Notes under the pieces: generated by a model | Told to the model about the DNA's origin: nothing | Database searches by the model: none | Seen by the model: the letters and a program-made list of their open reading frames with translations, nothing else | In this document: positions 1 through 8,414 of the stretch, one piece after another | Numbering within the stretch: the first letter of the stretch is position 1 | How the letters are laid out: every line of letters starts with the position of its first letter | Assembly (NCBI GenBank): GCA_045544795.1 | Contig: JAZPZR010000017.1 | Location: 1-34,285 of the forward strand | Length of the DNA stretch: 34,285 nt | Reading direction: 5' to 3' | Source of the DNA: Eubacteriales bacterium | Lineage (GTDB): Bacteria; Bacillota; Clostridia; Oscillospirales; QAKW01 | Position numbers and translations under genes: made by a program

Positions 1-91
1 GACCCGCTGAAATTCGTACAAAACAAGGCGGGTCGTCGAGGGCGCCGACCCCTACAAAATAATTATAAAACATCCCGCAAAACCGCAATTT
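1..91. repeat. Truncated REP/REPIN-like palindromic element (GTAG-type REP pair plus AT-rich arm and 21-bp terminal motif)
   Basis: 29..55 CGGGTCGTCGAGGGCGCCGACCCCTAC is the reverse complement of a GTAGGGGTCGG..CGACCCG hairpin; 1..7 GACCCGC pairs with 28..34; 45..91 matches the reverse complement of 34239..34285 at 44/47 nt. Confidence 0.8.
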
Positions 92-136
92 ATGCGGTTT
101 TGTTGCCAAACTACCCCAAAAAGAAATATAAACCGA

Positions 137-165
137 TTTAACTTGGCAAAAGTATGTGCTATAAT
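137..165 (+). promoter_or_regulatory. Putative sigma-A promoter (extended -10)
   Basis: TGcTATAAT at 157..165, weak -35 TTTAAC at 137..142 with a 17-nt spacer, ahead of RBS GGAGG at 189..193. Confidence 0.6.
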
Positions 166-206
166 TTTCATAATCAATATTGTGTTTTGGAGGATTCACT
201 TTTAAA

Positions 207-1763
207 ATGATATATTCTTCAAAAAATTCAGAGCTGATACAGGCGGACGGAGCGCTCGGCAGCGCGCTTATACGGCAGGACACCTATCGGTGCGTAACTC
301 CGTATAGTGAGGACGTCTGCTTTTCCATGCTCTACTCGCACAGAGTTGTCGAGATAAGCATGATAGTTGACGGAAGCGGTATACACAAGGTACTGGGTCA
401 GGCTATCCCCTGCGGTGTGGGTGACATATACATAATCAACGCAAACGTCCCGCACAGATACTTTGCATCGGAAGAGGGCGCGCCCCTTACTGTAAGACGG
501 CTGCTCTTTGACCCGAAGGACTGGCTTGAGGGAGAGCTTGCAAACGCGGCAAGTCCCGACTTCTGCTACGGTCTGTTTTCGGAAAACCCCATCACCGTCT
601 ACGCCATGCTTACAAATCAGGTGATGAACAGGATAGTATCGCTCTGCGACTCGGTGACGCTTGAAATGCTTGAGAAAAAGAGCGAATGGCGCAATTCCCT
701 CAGAGCATACCTGTCACTTATAATGATAGCGCTTAAAAGGTACGTAAACACGTCACTCAAAAACATTCCCAATACCGACCCTTCGGTATGGAATCCCGTT
801 TCGGCGGCGCTTACGCTTGTAAACGAAAACTACGGCGACCCAAACATGACGCTTGAGAGCATTGCCGATTCGTTTTACATAAGCAAGTCCCACCTCAGCC
901 GTCTTTTCAGACAGCTGACGGGCGTTTCCTTCTCGTCCTGTCTGCGTAAGATAAGAATCGCAAAGGCATGCTCGCTTCTCGTTGATACCGACATGACGGT
1001 AGAAAGCATTATGAAGACCTGCGGCATGCGTGACGTGACTTCGTTTTACAAAAGCTTCAGCGAATACACGGGGCTTACCCCGAATCAATACAGAAAAATG
1101 AATAATAAAGGAGAAAATACAATGAACATTCTTGCGGAAATTTCAGAAAATTTACAGAAGGGCAACACACCTGCCGACAAAGAAAAGGTACAGCAGGCAC
1201 TTGACGAGGGCATTGATGCAGGCGTTATTCTTACCGACGGTCTGCTTTCGGGTATGAGCGTTATCGGTGAAAAATTCAAGAACAACGAAATCTACGTTCC
1301 CGAAGTGCTTGTTGCGGCAAGAGCAATGAACGCAGGCACACAGATACTCAAGCCCCTTCTTGCGCAAAACGGCGTTGAAGCTACGGGCAAGGTATGTATC
1401 GGTACAGTTCAGGGCGACCTTCACGACATCGGTAAAAACCTCGTTAAAATGATGATGGAGGGCAAGGGTCTTGAGGTCGTTGACCTCGGTACAGACGTTT
1501 CTCCCGAAGCGTTTGTAAACACCGCAATTGAGCAGGACTGTCAGGTAATATGCTGTTCAGCGCTTCTTACGACCACGATGGGAGTTATGGAAGAGGTCGT
1601 TAAGCTTTGCGAGCAGAAGGGCATCCGCGACAAAGTGAAAATCATGGTCGGCGGCGCGCCCGTCAACGAAGAGTTTTCACAAAAGATCAGCGCAGACTGC
1701 TACACAAGTGACGCGGCAAGCGCAGCAGATGCCGCAGTTGAGCTTTGTAAAGCACTTCAGTAA
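207..1763 (+). CDS. AraC-family regulator (cupin + HTH) fused in frame to a C-terminal MtaC/MtbC-type corrinoid (B12-binding) protein
   Basis: Cupin HxxxE..H (SHRVVE...VPH) and AraC HTH (SHLSRLF...GLTPNQYR), then a cap domain (GMSVIGEKF..EIYVPEV) and the B12 motif GDLHDIGKN / SALLT / GGA. Start moved to ATG 207 because of GGAGG; internal AAGGAG (1108..1113) and in-frame ATG at 1122. Confidence 0.9.
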   Translation: MIYSSKNSELIQADGALGSALIRQDTYRCVTPYSEDVCFSMLYSHRVVEISMIVDGSGIHKVLGQAIPCGVGDIYIINANVPHRYFASEEGAPLTVRRLLFDPKDWLEGELANAASPDFCYGLFSENPITVYAMLTNQVMNRIVSLCDSVTLEMLEKKSEWRNSLRAYLSLIMIALKRYVNTSLKNIPNTDPSVWNPVSAALTLVNENYGDPNMTLESIADSFYISKSHLSRLFRQLTGVSFSSCLRKIRIAKACSLLVDTDMTVESIMKTCGMRDVTSFYKSFSEYTGLTPNQYRKMNNKGENTMNILAEISENLQKGNTPADKEKVQQALDEGIDAGVILTDGLLSGMSVIGEKFKNNEIYVPEVLVAARAMNAGTQILKPLLAQNGVEATGKVCIGTVQGDLHDIGKNLVKMMMEGKGLEVVDLGTDVSPEAFVNTAIEQDCQVICCSALLTTTMGVMEEVVKLCEQKGIRDKVKIMVGGAPVNEEFSQKISADCYTSDAASAADAAVELCKALQ

Positions 1764-1778
1764 TATACAGAGGTAAAT

Positions 1779-2795
1779 ATGTCAGATAAAAATATGAAAT
1801 TATGGATAGAATCGCAAAAGGGCACAGGTCCTAAAAAGGCGATGCCTATCCTCGCCTTTCCTTGCGTTAATATTATTGGTACAAATGTAAGACAGCTCAC
1901 ATCGGACAGCGAGCTTCAGGCAAAGGGCATGAAAGCGGTTGCAGACAGAACGGATGCGGCGGCAGCCATCAGCTTTATGGATCTTTCTGTCGAGGCGGAA
2001 TGCTTTGGCGCAAACGTTATCGTGACCGATGACGAGGTGCCCACCGTCAAGGGCAGAATAATCGGCAGTATGGATGATGCAAAGGCACTTGAAATTCCCG
2101 CTGTCGGCAGTAAAAGAACAAAAACCTATATCGACACCGTCAAAAAGGCAACAAAGCTCATCACCGACCGCCCCGTGATTGCGGGAATGATAGGTCCTTT
2201 TTCGCTTGCGGCAAGGCTTTTTGACGTGACAGAAATAATGATGGATTGCTACGACGATCCAGACGCGGTACATCTTGTGCTTGACAAGGTGACCCGCTTT
2301 CTTACCGACTATGCAAAAGCGTATAAAGAGGCGGGCGCTGACGGCATCATGATCGCAGAGCCTGTTTCGGGTCTTCTCTCACCCTCGCTTGAGGAGGAGT
2401 TTTCATCGCCCTACGTTAAAAAGATAGTAGATGCTCTGCAGGACGGCGGATTTTCAATAATCTATCACAACTGCGGTGACAACGTTGCAAAAATGCTTGA
2501 TTCCATCTTAACTATCGGCGCGCACGCCTACCATTTTGGCAACGCAGTCGATATGGAGAGGGATATTATCGCAAAGGTGCCCGCTGACACTCTCGTTATG
2601 GGCAACATCGACCCCGCGGGCGTACTGCGTATGGGCAGTCCCGATATTGTAAGGAAGGAGACGCTTGCACTGCTTGAAAAATGCGCAAAGTACCCCAATT
2701 TCCTGCTTTCATCGGGCTGTGATATCCCGCCCATGACACCGTGGGAAAACATTGATGCATTCTTTACTGCCTGCGGTGAATTTTATGGAAAATAA
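1779..2795 (+). CDS. UroD-superfamily methylcobamide:thiol methyltransferase (MtaA/CmuA-like)
   Basis: DLSVEAE..G, GPFSLA, Zn-ligand HNCG, GNIDP and SSGCDIPP motifs; directly follows the corrinoid domain; RBS GAGGT. Confidence 0.85.
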   Translation: MSDKNMKLWIESQKGTGPKKAMPILAFPCVNIIGTNVRQLTSDSELQAKGMKAVADRTDAAAAISFMDLSVEAECFGANVIVTDDEVPTVKGRIIGSMDDAKALEIPAVGSKRTKTYIDTVKKATKLITDRPVIAGMIGPFSLAARLFDVTEIMMDCYDDPDAVHLVLDKVTRFLTDYAKAYKEAGADGIMIAEPVSGLLSPSLEEEFSSPYVKKIVDALQDGGFSIIYHNCGDNVAKMLDSILTIGAHAYHFGNAVDMERDIIAKVPADTLVMGNIDPAGVLRMGSPDIVRKETLALLEKCAKYPNFLLSSGCDIPPMTPWENIDAFFTACGEFYGK

Positions 2796-3330
2796 AATTA
2801 TTGAAAAAGTAAAAGAGCTCGGCGCACACAAGTGCGCGTTTATCGACGCAAAGGATATTAAAACCGACCGCGCCTTTCGTGACATGTGCGAAATGAACTC
2901 ATGCGGTGTGTACGGCAAGTGTTACATGTGCCCGCCTGACGTGGGTGATATTGAAATGCTTATGAACGAGATCACAAGCTACGACCGCGCGTTTGTGTAT
3001 CAGACGGTGTCAGAGCTTGAGGACAGCTTTGATTTCGAGGGAATGGCAGCTGCAAAAAAGCGCACCTATCCCCTCGCGCAGGCACTGAGGTCTGTATTCT
3101 GCGAGGCGGGTATCACTGACGCACTTCACCTCGGCGCAGGCGGATGCGGTGTTTGCAAGGTATGTGCAAAAAGGACGGATGAGCCCTGCAGATTTCCCGA
3201 TAAAGCGATGCCCTCGCTTGAGGCATACGGCATAAACGTATCCGAGCTTGCAAAAGCCGCGGGCATGAAATATACTAACGGACAAAACACCGTCACCTAT
3301 TTCGGTGCTGTGTTATTTAAGGAGAAGTAA
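2785..3330 (+). CDS. DUF2284-like Cys-rich predicted metal-binding protein
   Basis: CxxNxCxxYGxxxxCPP and GxCxxCxxC..C..P...PSLEAYGI motifs; start taken at ATG 2785, overlapping the upstream gene end. Confidence 0.75.
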   Translation: MENKIIEKVKELGAHKCAFIDAKDIKTDRAFRDMCEMNSCGVYGKCYMCPPDVGDIEMLMNEITSYDRAFVYQTVSELEDSFDFEGMAAAKKRTYPLAQALRSVFCEAGITDALHLGAGGCGVCKVCAKRTDEPCRFPDKAMPSLEAYGINVSELAKAAGMKYTNGQNTVTYFGAVLFKEK

Positions 3331-3331
3331 T

Positions 3332-4417
3332 ATGAGTATAAATATGGATAAGCTTGCTGAGCGTTACGAGAGCTTCTGGAACCGTGAAAACGAGGACAGA
3401 CCTATCGTAAACATGACTACAAGAGCGTACAGGATACCTGTTGAGCTTGACGAAAAGCACAAGACCTTCCGCGATGCTTGGCTTGATACCGAGTACGTTA
3501 TCAAAAAGGCAAGACAGTCGATGGATGCCACCGTTTATCTGGGCGAAGGCTATCCCGCGCTCAACCCCAACCTCGGCCCCGACCTTGTCGGTGCTGTCTG
3601 CGGCTGCGAGATCGAATTCGGTGAGATAACAAGCTGGGCAGAGCCGTGTATTGAGGATTACGAGGCGTTTGGCGAAATAAAGTTTGACGAAAACAATCCT
3701 TATTGGAAAAAGATATGCGAGATAACACAGGCGGCGCTTGACGATTCAAAGGGTGACTACGTAGTCGGAATTACCGACCTTCATCCCGGCGGCGACGCGG
3801 TGGTTTCTCTTCGCGGCTCGGAAAATTCCGCATTTGACCTTTACGATTATCCCGATGAATTCAAAAAGACGGTGTGGGATATATTTCCCGTTTTCAAGGA
3901 GATGACCGCCCGTCTTCACAATATGATATCTGAAAAGCAGAAGTTTTGTTCCTGCTGGATGGGCGTTATCCACCCGACAGAGCTGTGGTACCCCACATCC
4001 TGCGACTTTTCCTGCATGATATCACCCGATAATTATAAGGAATTTATTCTGCCCGAGCTTTTAGAGGAGATAAAGTGGCTTCCCAACTCCATTTATCACC
4101 TTGACGGACCTGACGCTCTGCGCCACCTCGACACCCTGCTTGAAATAAAAGAGCTCAAGGGTATTCAGTGGGTATACGGCGCAGGTCAGCCCACCGCAAA
4201 GCATTGGATAGACGTGTATAAAAAGATTCAGGCTGCCGGCAAGGTCGCGCAGATAGGCTGCAGCGCAGAAGACCTCATCCCGCTTTGCGAGGCGCTCGAC
4301 CCCCGCGGTGTACATATAAGATGCGGTGTGCCCGACAGGGAAAGCGGTGAGCATCTTATTGCCGAGATGGAAAGAATTTGCAAGCAAAAACGCGGTCAGT
4401 TTTCGTTTGTGAAATAA
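3332..4417 (+). CDS. Second UroD/MetE-like TIM-barrel protein, candidate substrate-specific corrinoid methyltransferase
   Basis: NLGP, DLHPGGD, SCDFSCMISP, YHLDGP and IQWVYGAG motifs typical of UroD-like proteins in corrinoid operons; RBS AAGGAG before ATG 3332. Confidence 0.65.
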   Translation: MSINMDKLAERYESFWNRENEDRPIVNMTTRAYRIPVELDEKHKTFRDAWLDTEYVIKKARQSMDATVYLGEGYPALNPNLGPDLVGAVCGCEIEFGEITSWAEPCIEDYEAFGEIKFDENNPYWKKICEITQAALDDSKGDYVVGITDLHPGGDAVVSLRGSENSAFDLYDYPDEFKKTVWDIFPVFKEMTARLHNMISEKQKFCSCWMGVIHPTELWYPTSCDFSCMISPDNYKEFILPELLEEIKWLPNSIYHLDGPDALRHLDTLLEIKELKGIQWVYGAGQPTAKHWIDVYKKIQAAGKVAQIGCSAEDLIPLCEALDPRGVHIRCGVPDRESGEHLIAEMERICKQKRGQFSFVK

Positions 4418-4452
4418 AAAAAGAGGACGGTGTACACCGTCCTCTTATTTTT
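4416..4452. terminator. Bidirectional intrinsic terminator
   Basis: Perfect 26-bp palindrome AAGAGGACGGTGTACACCGTCCTCTT (4421..4446) with A-tract before and T-tract after, between convergent genes. Confidence 0.9.
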
Positions 4453-4460
4453 ATCGGTTG

Positions 4461-5783
4461 TTATTTCTTAACAACTGTATACCACGTATCTGCACCGTGT
4501 GTTTCGGTAACTACGGTATAGCCCTCGGCTACGTAACTGCCGTCGCCGTCATGGCTTACTCTCGGATCAAAGTTAATAAACGTACCGCCGTAAACTGTAA
4601 CTACACCCTCACGGCTTTCGTTAACGGTATATTTTTCAAAGCCTTTCCAATTGAACGTACCGCCATAGATATTAATTTTACCTGCGCGGTTAGCATAGAT
4701 ACCCTCGCAGTAATTGCTGCCTTCCAACGTAAAATCATCGGAATCCTGAATCCAGTTACCGCCGTATATATTGACTTCAGTCTCACCGCTTGCGCCTGTG
4801 CACCAGATAAACTGACCAATACCGCCGTTTATTTTAATATTACCCTCACCGACAATATCTACCTTTGCGCCGCCCAGTGCATAGATAACACCGTAGAATT
4901 CTTCATCAGGTACGTTTACTATAATATCATGCCCGTTAAGGTCGATCTGAGCATCATACTTAGCATAAAGGGAATATCCGCTTCCGAGACTGTCAATAAC
5001 CAGGTCGTCGTTAATCGCAATTTTTGCACCCGGAGTTTTCATAGCAGTTCTTAAGTCGCCGACTGACGCGACATAAACTACTTCGGGTGACAGTCCCGCA
5101 TCATAATCGTTACCGAACGAGTCGATTTCAGCCTCTGTCTGAATTGCAAGCAACGACAGACCAAACTCGATAGAAGGAACGGTATCACCGCGATAGTTAG
5201 CCTCATTACCGACTTCCTCAGGCATGTATACAACCAGAGCAATATACTGCTCTTCACCCGCAGCCATAGATACCGTCTTTGATGTATACTCAGTAAGCGG
5301 GGTGCCGTCGCCTGCGACAGCGGCAGCCTGCGCAGTTTCACGTGTGTAAGCGACAGGAGCTGTATTTGTCGGATAGGTAGCAGAAAACTTAAGTATCTCT
5401 GATAATCTGACATCACCGCCGTCTGCATTTTCACCGACAGTCTCGGTAACAGGTGTTACCTGAAGCTGATATTTGAGTGCAAGAGTGCCCTCGTTTTTAA
5501 TTTTAAGATAGGTGACCTCAGTATGTCCCGGCTCCCAGAGACCCTTTGTCTGACCCACAGGTGTGACGAAAACATCGCCTGCGCCGACAACGGAGGTATA
5601 CGTACCGTCGGGAGTATTTGCATAGTACATTTCAACGTCAAGATTGCCCGCAATAATCTTGTTATTGCCCGAAACAACAGAATCTGTAAACCATGCAAAC
5701 GTAGTACCCATAAGCATAGCCACACAAAGCATAAGTGACAATATGCTCATAAATAATGCGCGTCTTGTGGTGTTCTTTTTCAT
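4461..5783 (-). CDS. SipW-class signal peptide protein (TasA/camelysin-like N-domain plus C-terminal repeat domain)
   Basis: MKK..RR + hydrophobic core + GTTFAWFTD..GNLD signature; WEPG and KNEGTLALKY; C-terminal (I/V)xxYGGx(F/W) repeats; RBS AGGAGG. Confidence 0.8.
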   Translation of the reverse strand: MKKNTTRRALFMSILSLMLCVAMLMGTTFAWFTDSVVSGNNKIIAGNLDVEMYYANTPDGTYTSVVGAGDVFVTPVGQTKGLWEPGHTEVTYLKIKNEGTLALKYQLQVTPVTETVGENADGGDVRLSEILKFSATYPTNTAPVAYTRETAQAAAVAGDGTPLTEYTSKTVSMAAGEEQYIALVVYMPEEVGNEANYRGDTVPSIEFGLSLLAIQTEAEIDSFGNDYDAGLSPEVVYVASVGDLRTAMKTPGAKIAINDDLVIDSLGSGYSLYAKYDAQIDLNGHDIIVNVPDEEFYGVIYALGGAKVDIVGEGNIKINGGIGQFIWCTGASGETEVNIYGGNWIQDSDDFTLEGSNYCEGIYANRAGKINIYGGTFNWKGFEKYTVNESREGVVTVYGGTFINFDPRVSHDGDGSYVAEGYTVVTETHGADTWYTVVKK

Positions 5784-5819
5784 AAAAATCCTCCTTTTCT
5801 ATTTGTTCGCTATATAATA

Positions 5820-5848
5820 ATTATATCATATAACTTTTGAGTTTTCAA
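5820..5848 (-). promoter_or_regulatory. Sigma-A promoter of the SipW-class gene
   Basis: Minus strand TTGAAA-17 nt-TATAAT with extended TG. Confidence 0.7.
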
Positions 5849-6039
5849 CAAAAACCGCATTAAAATGAGTCTGCACCGTTTAATCGGGATGTTATATAAT
5901 ACCTATAATTTGCAAAATATTTAAAATCAAAGATACCCCCGCAACAGTAGCAACCGCAATTTTAAAGACTTTTTATATCTAAAAACGCAATGCAATATAT
6001 CCAACTATACTAAAAAGCATTTTAATTTTTTTATTTTTA

Positions 6040-6048
6040 TGGTATAAT
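6040..6048 (+). promoter_or_regulatory. Extended -10 element
   Basis: TGgTATAAT upstream of RBS AAGGAG and ATG 6076. Confidence 0.55.
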
Positions 6049-6075
6049 CATTAAAAACCAACAAGGAGAGAAGAT

Positions 6076-8370
6076 ATGTCAGTCATCATTTTAAAGCCGG
6101 ATCAGGGCGAAAAAGCATACTCGCACGCGGCAGATGCGTTTTGCAGACTTTACACGCTTGTCACAGGCAAAGAAATATCCGTAACAGAGACGGACGACGG
6201 TGTTTCCGACCTTATCGTGATAGGCTCGGACGCGGTAAACGATTTTGTGGCGGGCGAAGTGCTTGAGCTTCGCATAGAAAGTCTTGGGATCCGCTACGGA
6301 ACAGACGATTACTGCATACGCTCGCACAGGCAGGGAAAGCGCCGTGCGCTCATTCTTGCGGGCGGGCGCGGCCGTTCAACGCTTTATGCGGTGTACGATT
6401 ATTTCGAGCGTTTTGCAGGCTGTCACTATTTCTGGGACGGTGACGTTATCCCCCACCGTGACGGCTTGCCGTTGGATGACATTGATATTGTCGAATCTCC
6501 CCGCTTTGAATACAGAGGACTTCGCTACTTCGCCCACCGCGGACTCAAGCGTTTTCAGGCAGAGCACTGGTCGTTTGAGGACTGGAAGCGCGAGCTTGAC
6601 TGGATGACAAAGCGCAGGCTCAACTTTTTCATGCTGAGAATCGGTATGGACGACGTGTGGCAACGCGCTTTTCCCGATGACGTCCCCTACCCCGACGGTT
6701 ATCGCACGGTAACGGGTACCGATGCCGAGGGGTATAACGACCGTACTGATTTCTGGACGCTCAAATACCGCGGTGAGCTTCGTATAAAGATACTTGAATA
6801 CGCACGGGAACTTGACCTCATCTACCCTACCGACTGCGGCACGATGACGCATTGGTACAGCCGCACGCCCGAAAGCTTTCTTGAAAGCAAAAAGCCGGAT
6901 TTCTGTATACAGGAGATCGCGCAGTACACCGCTTCTGACACGGGACGTGTTTTTGATTTTACCAAAAAAGAAGGCATGGATCATTACATGCATCTTACAG
7001 AAACGATGGTAAAGGAGCACGAAAAGCAGACGGGGCTTTTCCACACCATAGGTCTGGGTGAGCGGAGAATGTTCACAGACCCCAGGAAAAATCTCGCGCT
7101 CAAGCTTATTGCATACCGCAGGATAGCGCAGAATATCCGTACCCGCTTTCCCGATGCAAAACTGATGCTTGCAAGCTGGGATTTTGTGGGTTGGTGGACC
7201 TCGGAAGAAATGCAGACGCTGATTGCCGAGCTTGACCCCGCAAAAACGATAATACTCGACTACACGTCCGAGGTAGACGACCCCGACGTAAGCTTTTTAA
7301 GCTGGGGTGTTGTCAAAAAATTCCCGTGGATATTCGGTCTTTTTCACGCCTACGAGTCGGACAGTGAGCTGCGAGGTCCCTACGACCGTTCGGACGAGAG
7401 GCTGAAAATTGCCGCAGACGACCCCTACTGTCAGGGCATGATACTGTGGCCTGAGCTTTCGCACAGTGACCCGCTTGTATTGGAATATCTTGCGCACAAT
7501 TCGTGGAATCCGCTTGAAAAACCGGTAGAAGAGCTTATAAACGGCTTCTGTCACAACCGCTACGGCGGATATGCCGATATCATGAACGAAAGCTGGCAGC
7601 AGCTGTTGCCGTTTATAAAGCTGAACGATTGGGGCGGTTATTCCCGCCGCACGCCCGATGATGAAAAGTATCTCGACTATCTTCCTAAAAAATTCCTGCA
7701 TCACGACCTGTGGGCAAAGCCGATCTACTTTTTAAAGAGGATCGACGGTGAGGACGGCGCGGTAATCGAGCAGTATTTTGATATAAAGAGAGAGCAGTAT
7801 CTTGGCGTTATTGAACAATCGATAACGGCGCTTGAACGCCTTTTTGCAATGGACGGCGCGTTTGACAATAAGTTTATTTTGAGAGACGCTGTTGACCTTA
7901 CCCGCACGGTGCTCGGCAGAATGATAAGCCTTTTGCTTGTCAGATGCCATAAGGCGCGCCGCGATAAAGAGCAGTTTGAAAAGGTGACGGCACTCTATTT
8001 TAATGCGCTGAAGGTGATGGGCGCTCTCCTTAGCGTAAACTCTGACTTTTCGATATATCAGTCACTTAAAGAGCTTGAAAAGGCAGCGCCCGTCAATCCC
8101 GATTTCGAGGTGGCGCTTAAGAGAAACATCTACAACAGATACTGCGCACAACCCGCATACGAGCTGGTAATGCACTATTTTGACAAGCTCGGAAAGGCGG
8201 TATTTGATCATATGCAAAAGCCGTACGATATAGATAAGGCAGAAATTGAGATAAACAGGCATTTTGAGAGTATCCCGCTTGAAAGCATGCAGCCGACAGA
8301 GATACCATCACCCGCCGATGCAATAAAAAACGCGACCGAGTGTGTAAAAACAATTGCAAAAATGATATAA
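6076..8370 (+). CDS. GH89-like (alpha-N-acetylglucosaminidase-like) glycoside hydrolase, no signal peptide
   Basis: N-terminal GH20/GH67-type domain (GRGRSTLYAVYDYFE); WSFEDWKRELDWM..LN resembles the GH89 W.W..WEREIDWM motif; candidate catalytic Glu in IGLGE and LWPE. Confidence 0.6.
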   Translation: MSVIILKPDQGEKAYSHAADAFCRLYTLVTGKEISVTETDDGVSDLIVIGSDAVNDFVAGEVLELRIESLGIRYGTDDYCIRSHRQGKRRALILAGGRGRSTLYAVYDYFERFAGCHYFWDGDVIPHRDGLPLDDIDIVESPRFEYRGLRYFAHRGLKRFQAEHWSFEDWKRELDWMTKRRLNFFMLRIGMDDVWQRAFPDDVPYPDGYRTVTGTDAEGYNDRTDFWTLKYRGELRIKILEYARELDLIYPTDCGTMTHWYSRTPESFLESKKPDFCIQEIAQYTASDTGRVFDFTKKEGMDHYMHLTETMVKEHEKQTGLFHTIGLGERRMFTDPRKNLALKLIAYRRIAQNIRTRFPDAKLMLASWDFVGWWTSEEMQTLIAELDPAKTIILDYTSEVDDPDVSFLSWGVVKKFPWIFGLFHAYESDSELRGPYDRSDERLKIAADDPYCQGMILWPELSHSDPLVLEYLAHNSWNPLEKPVEELINGFCHNRYGGYADIMNESWQQLLPFIKLNDWGGYSRRTPDDEKYLDYLPKKFLHHDLWAKPIYFLKRIDGEDGAVIEQYFDIKREQYLGVIEQSITALERLFAMDGAFDNKFILRDAVDLTRTVLGRMISLLLVRCHKARRDKEQFEKVTALYFNALKVMGALLSVNSDFSIYQSLKELEKAAPVNPDFEVALKRNIYNRYCAQPAYELVMHYFDKLGKAVFDHMQKPYDIDKAEIEINRHFESIPLESMQPTEIPSPADAIKNATECVKTIAKMI

Positions 8371-8405
8371 AAAATAGGAAGAGGTGAAAGCTTCTTCCTA
8401 TTTTT
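8369..8405 (+). terminator. Intrinsic terminator
   Basis: Stem AAAATAGGAAGA / TCTTCCTATTTT immediately after the stop codon. Confidence 0.85.
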
Positions 8406-8414
8406 GTTGTAGTC

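Noticed and set aside
92-206. Cobalamin riboswitch ahead of the B12-related genes (also 16838..16981)
   Set aside because: Leaders after the predicted promoters are only about 30-40 nt and no B12-box is visible
5935-5965. CAACCGCAATTT, a possible extra copy of the 21-bp terminal motif
   Set aside because: Only 11 nt match and the CCCG part is not at the right spacing; may be chance
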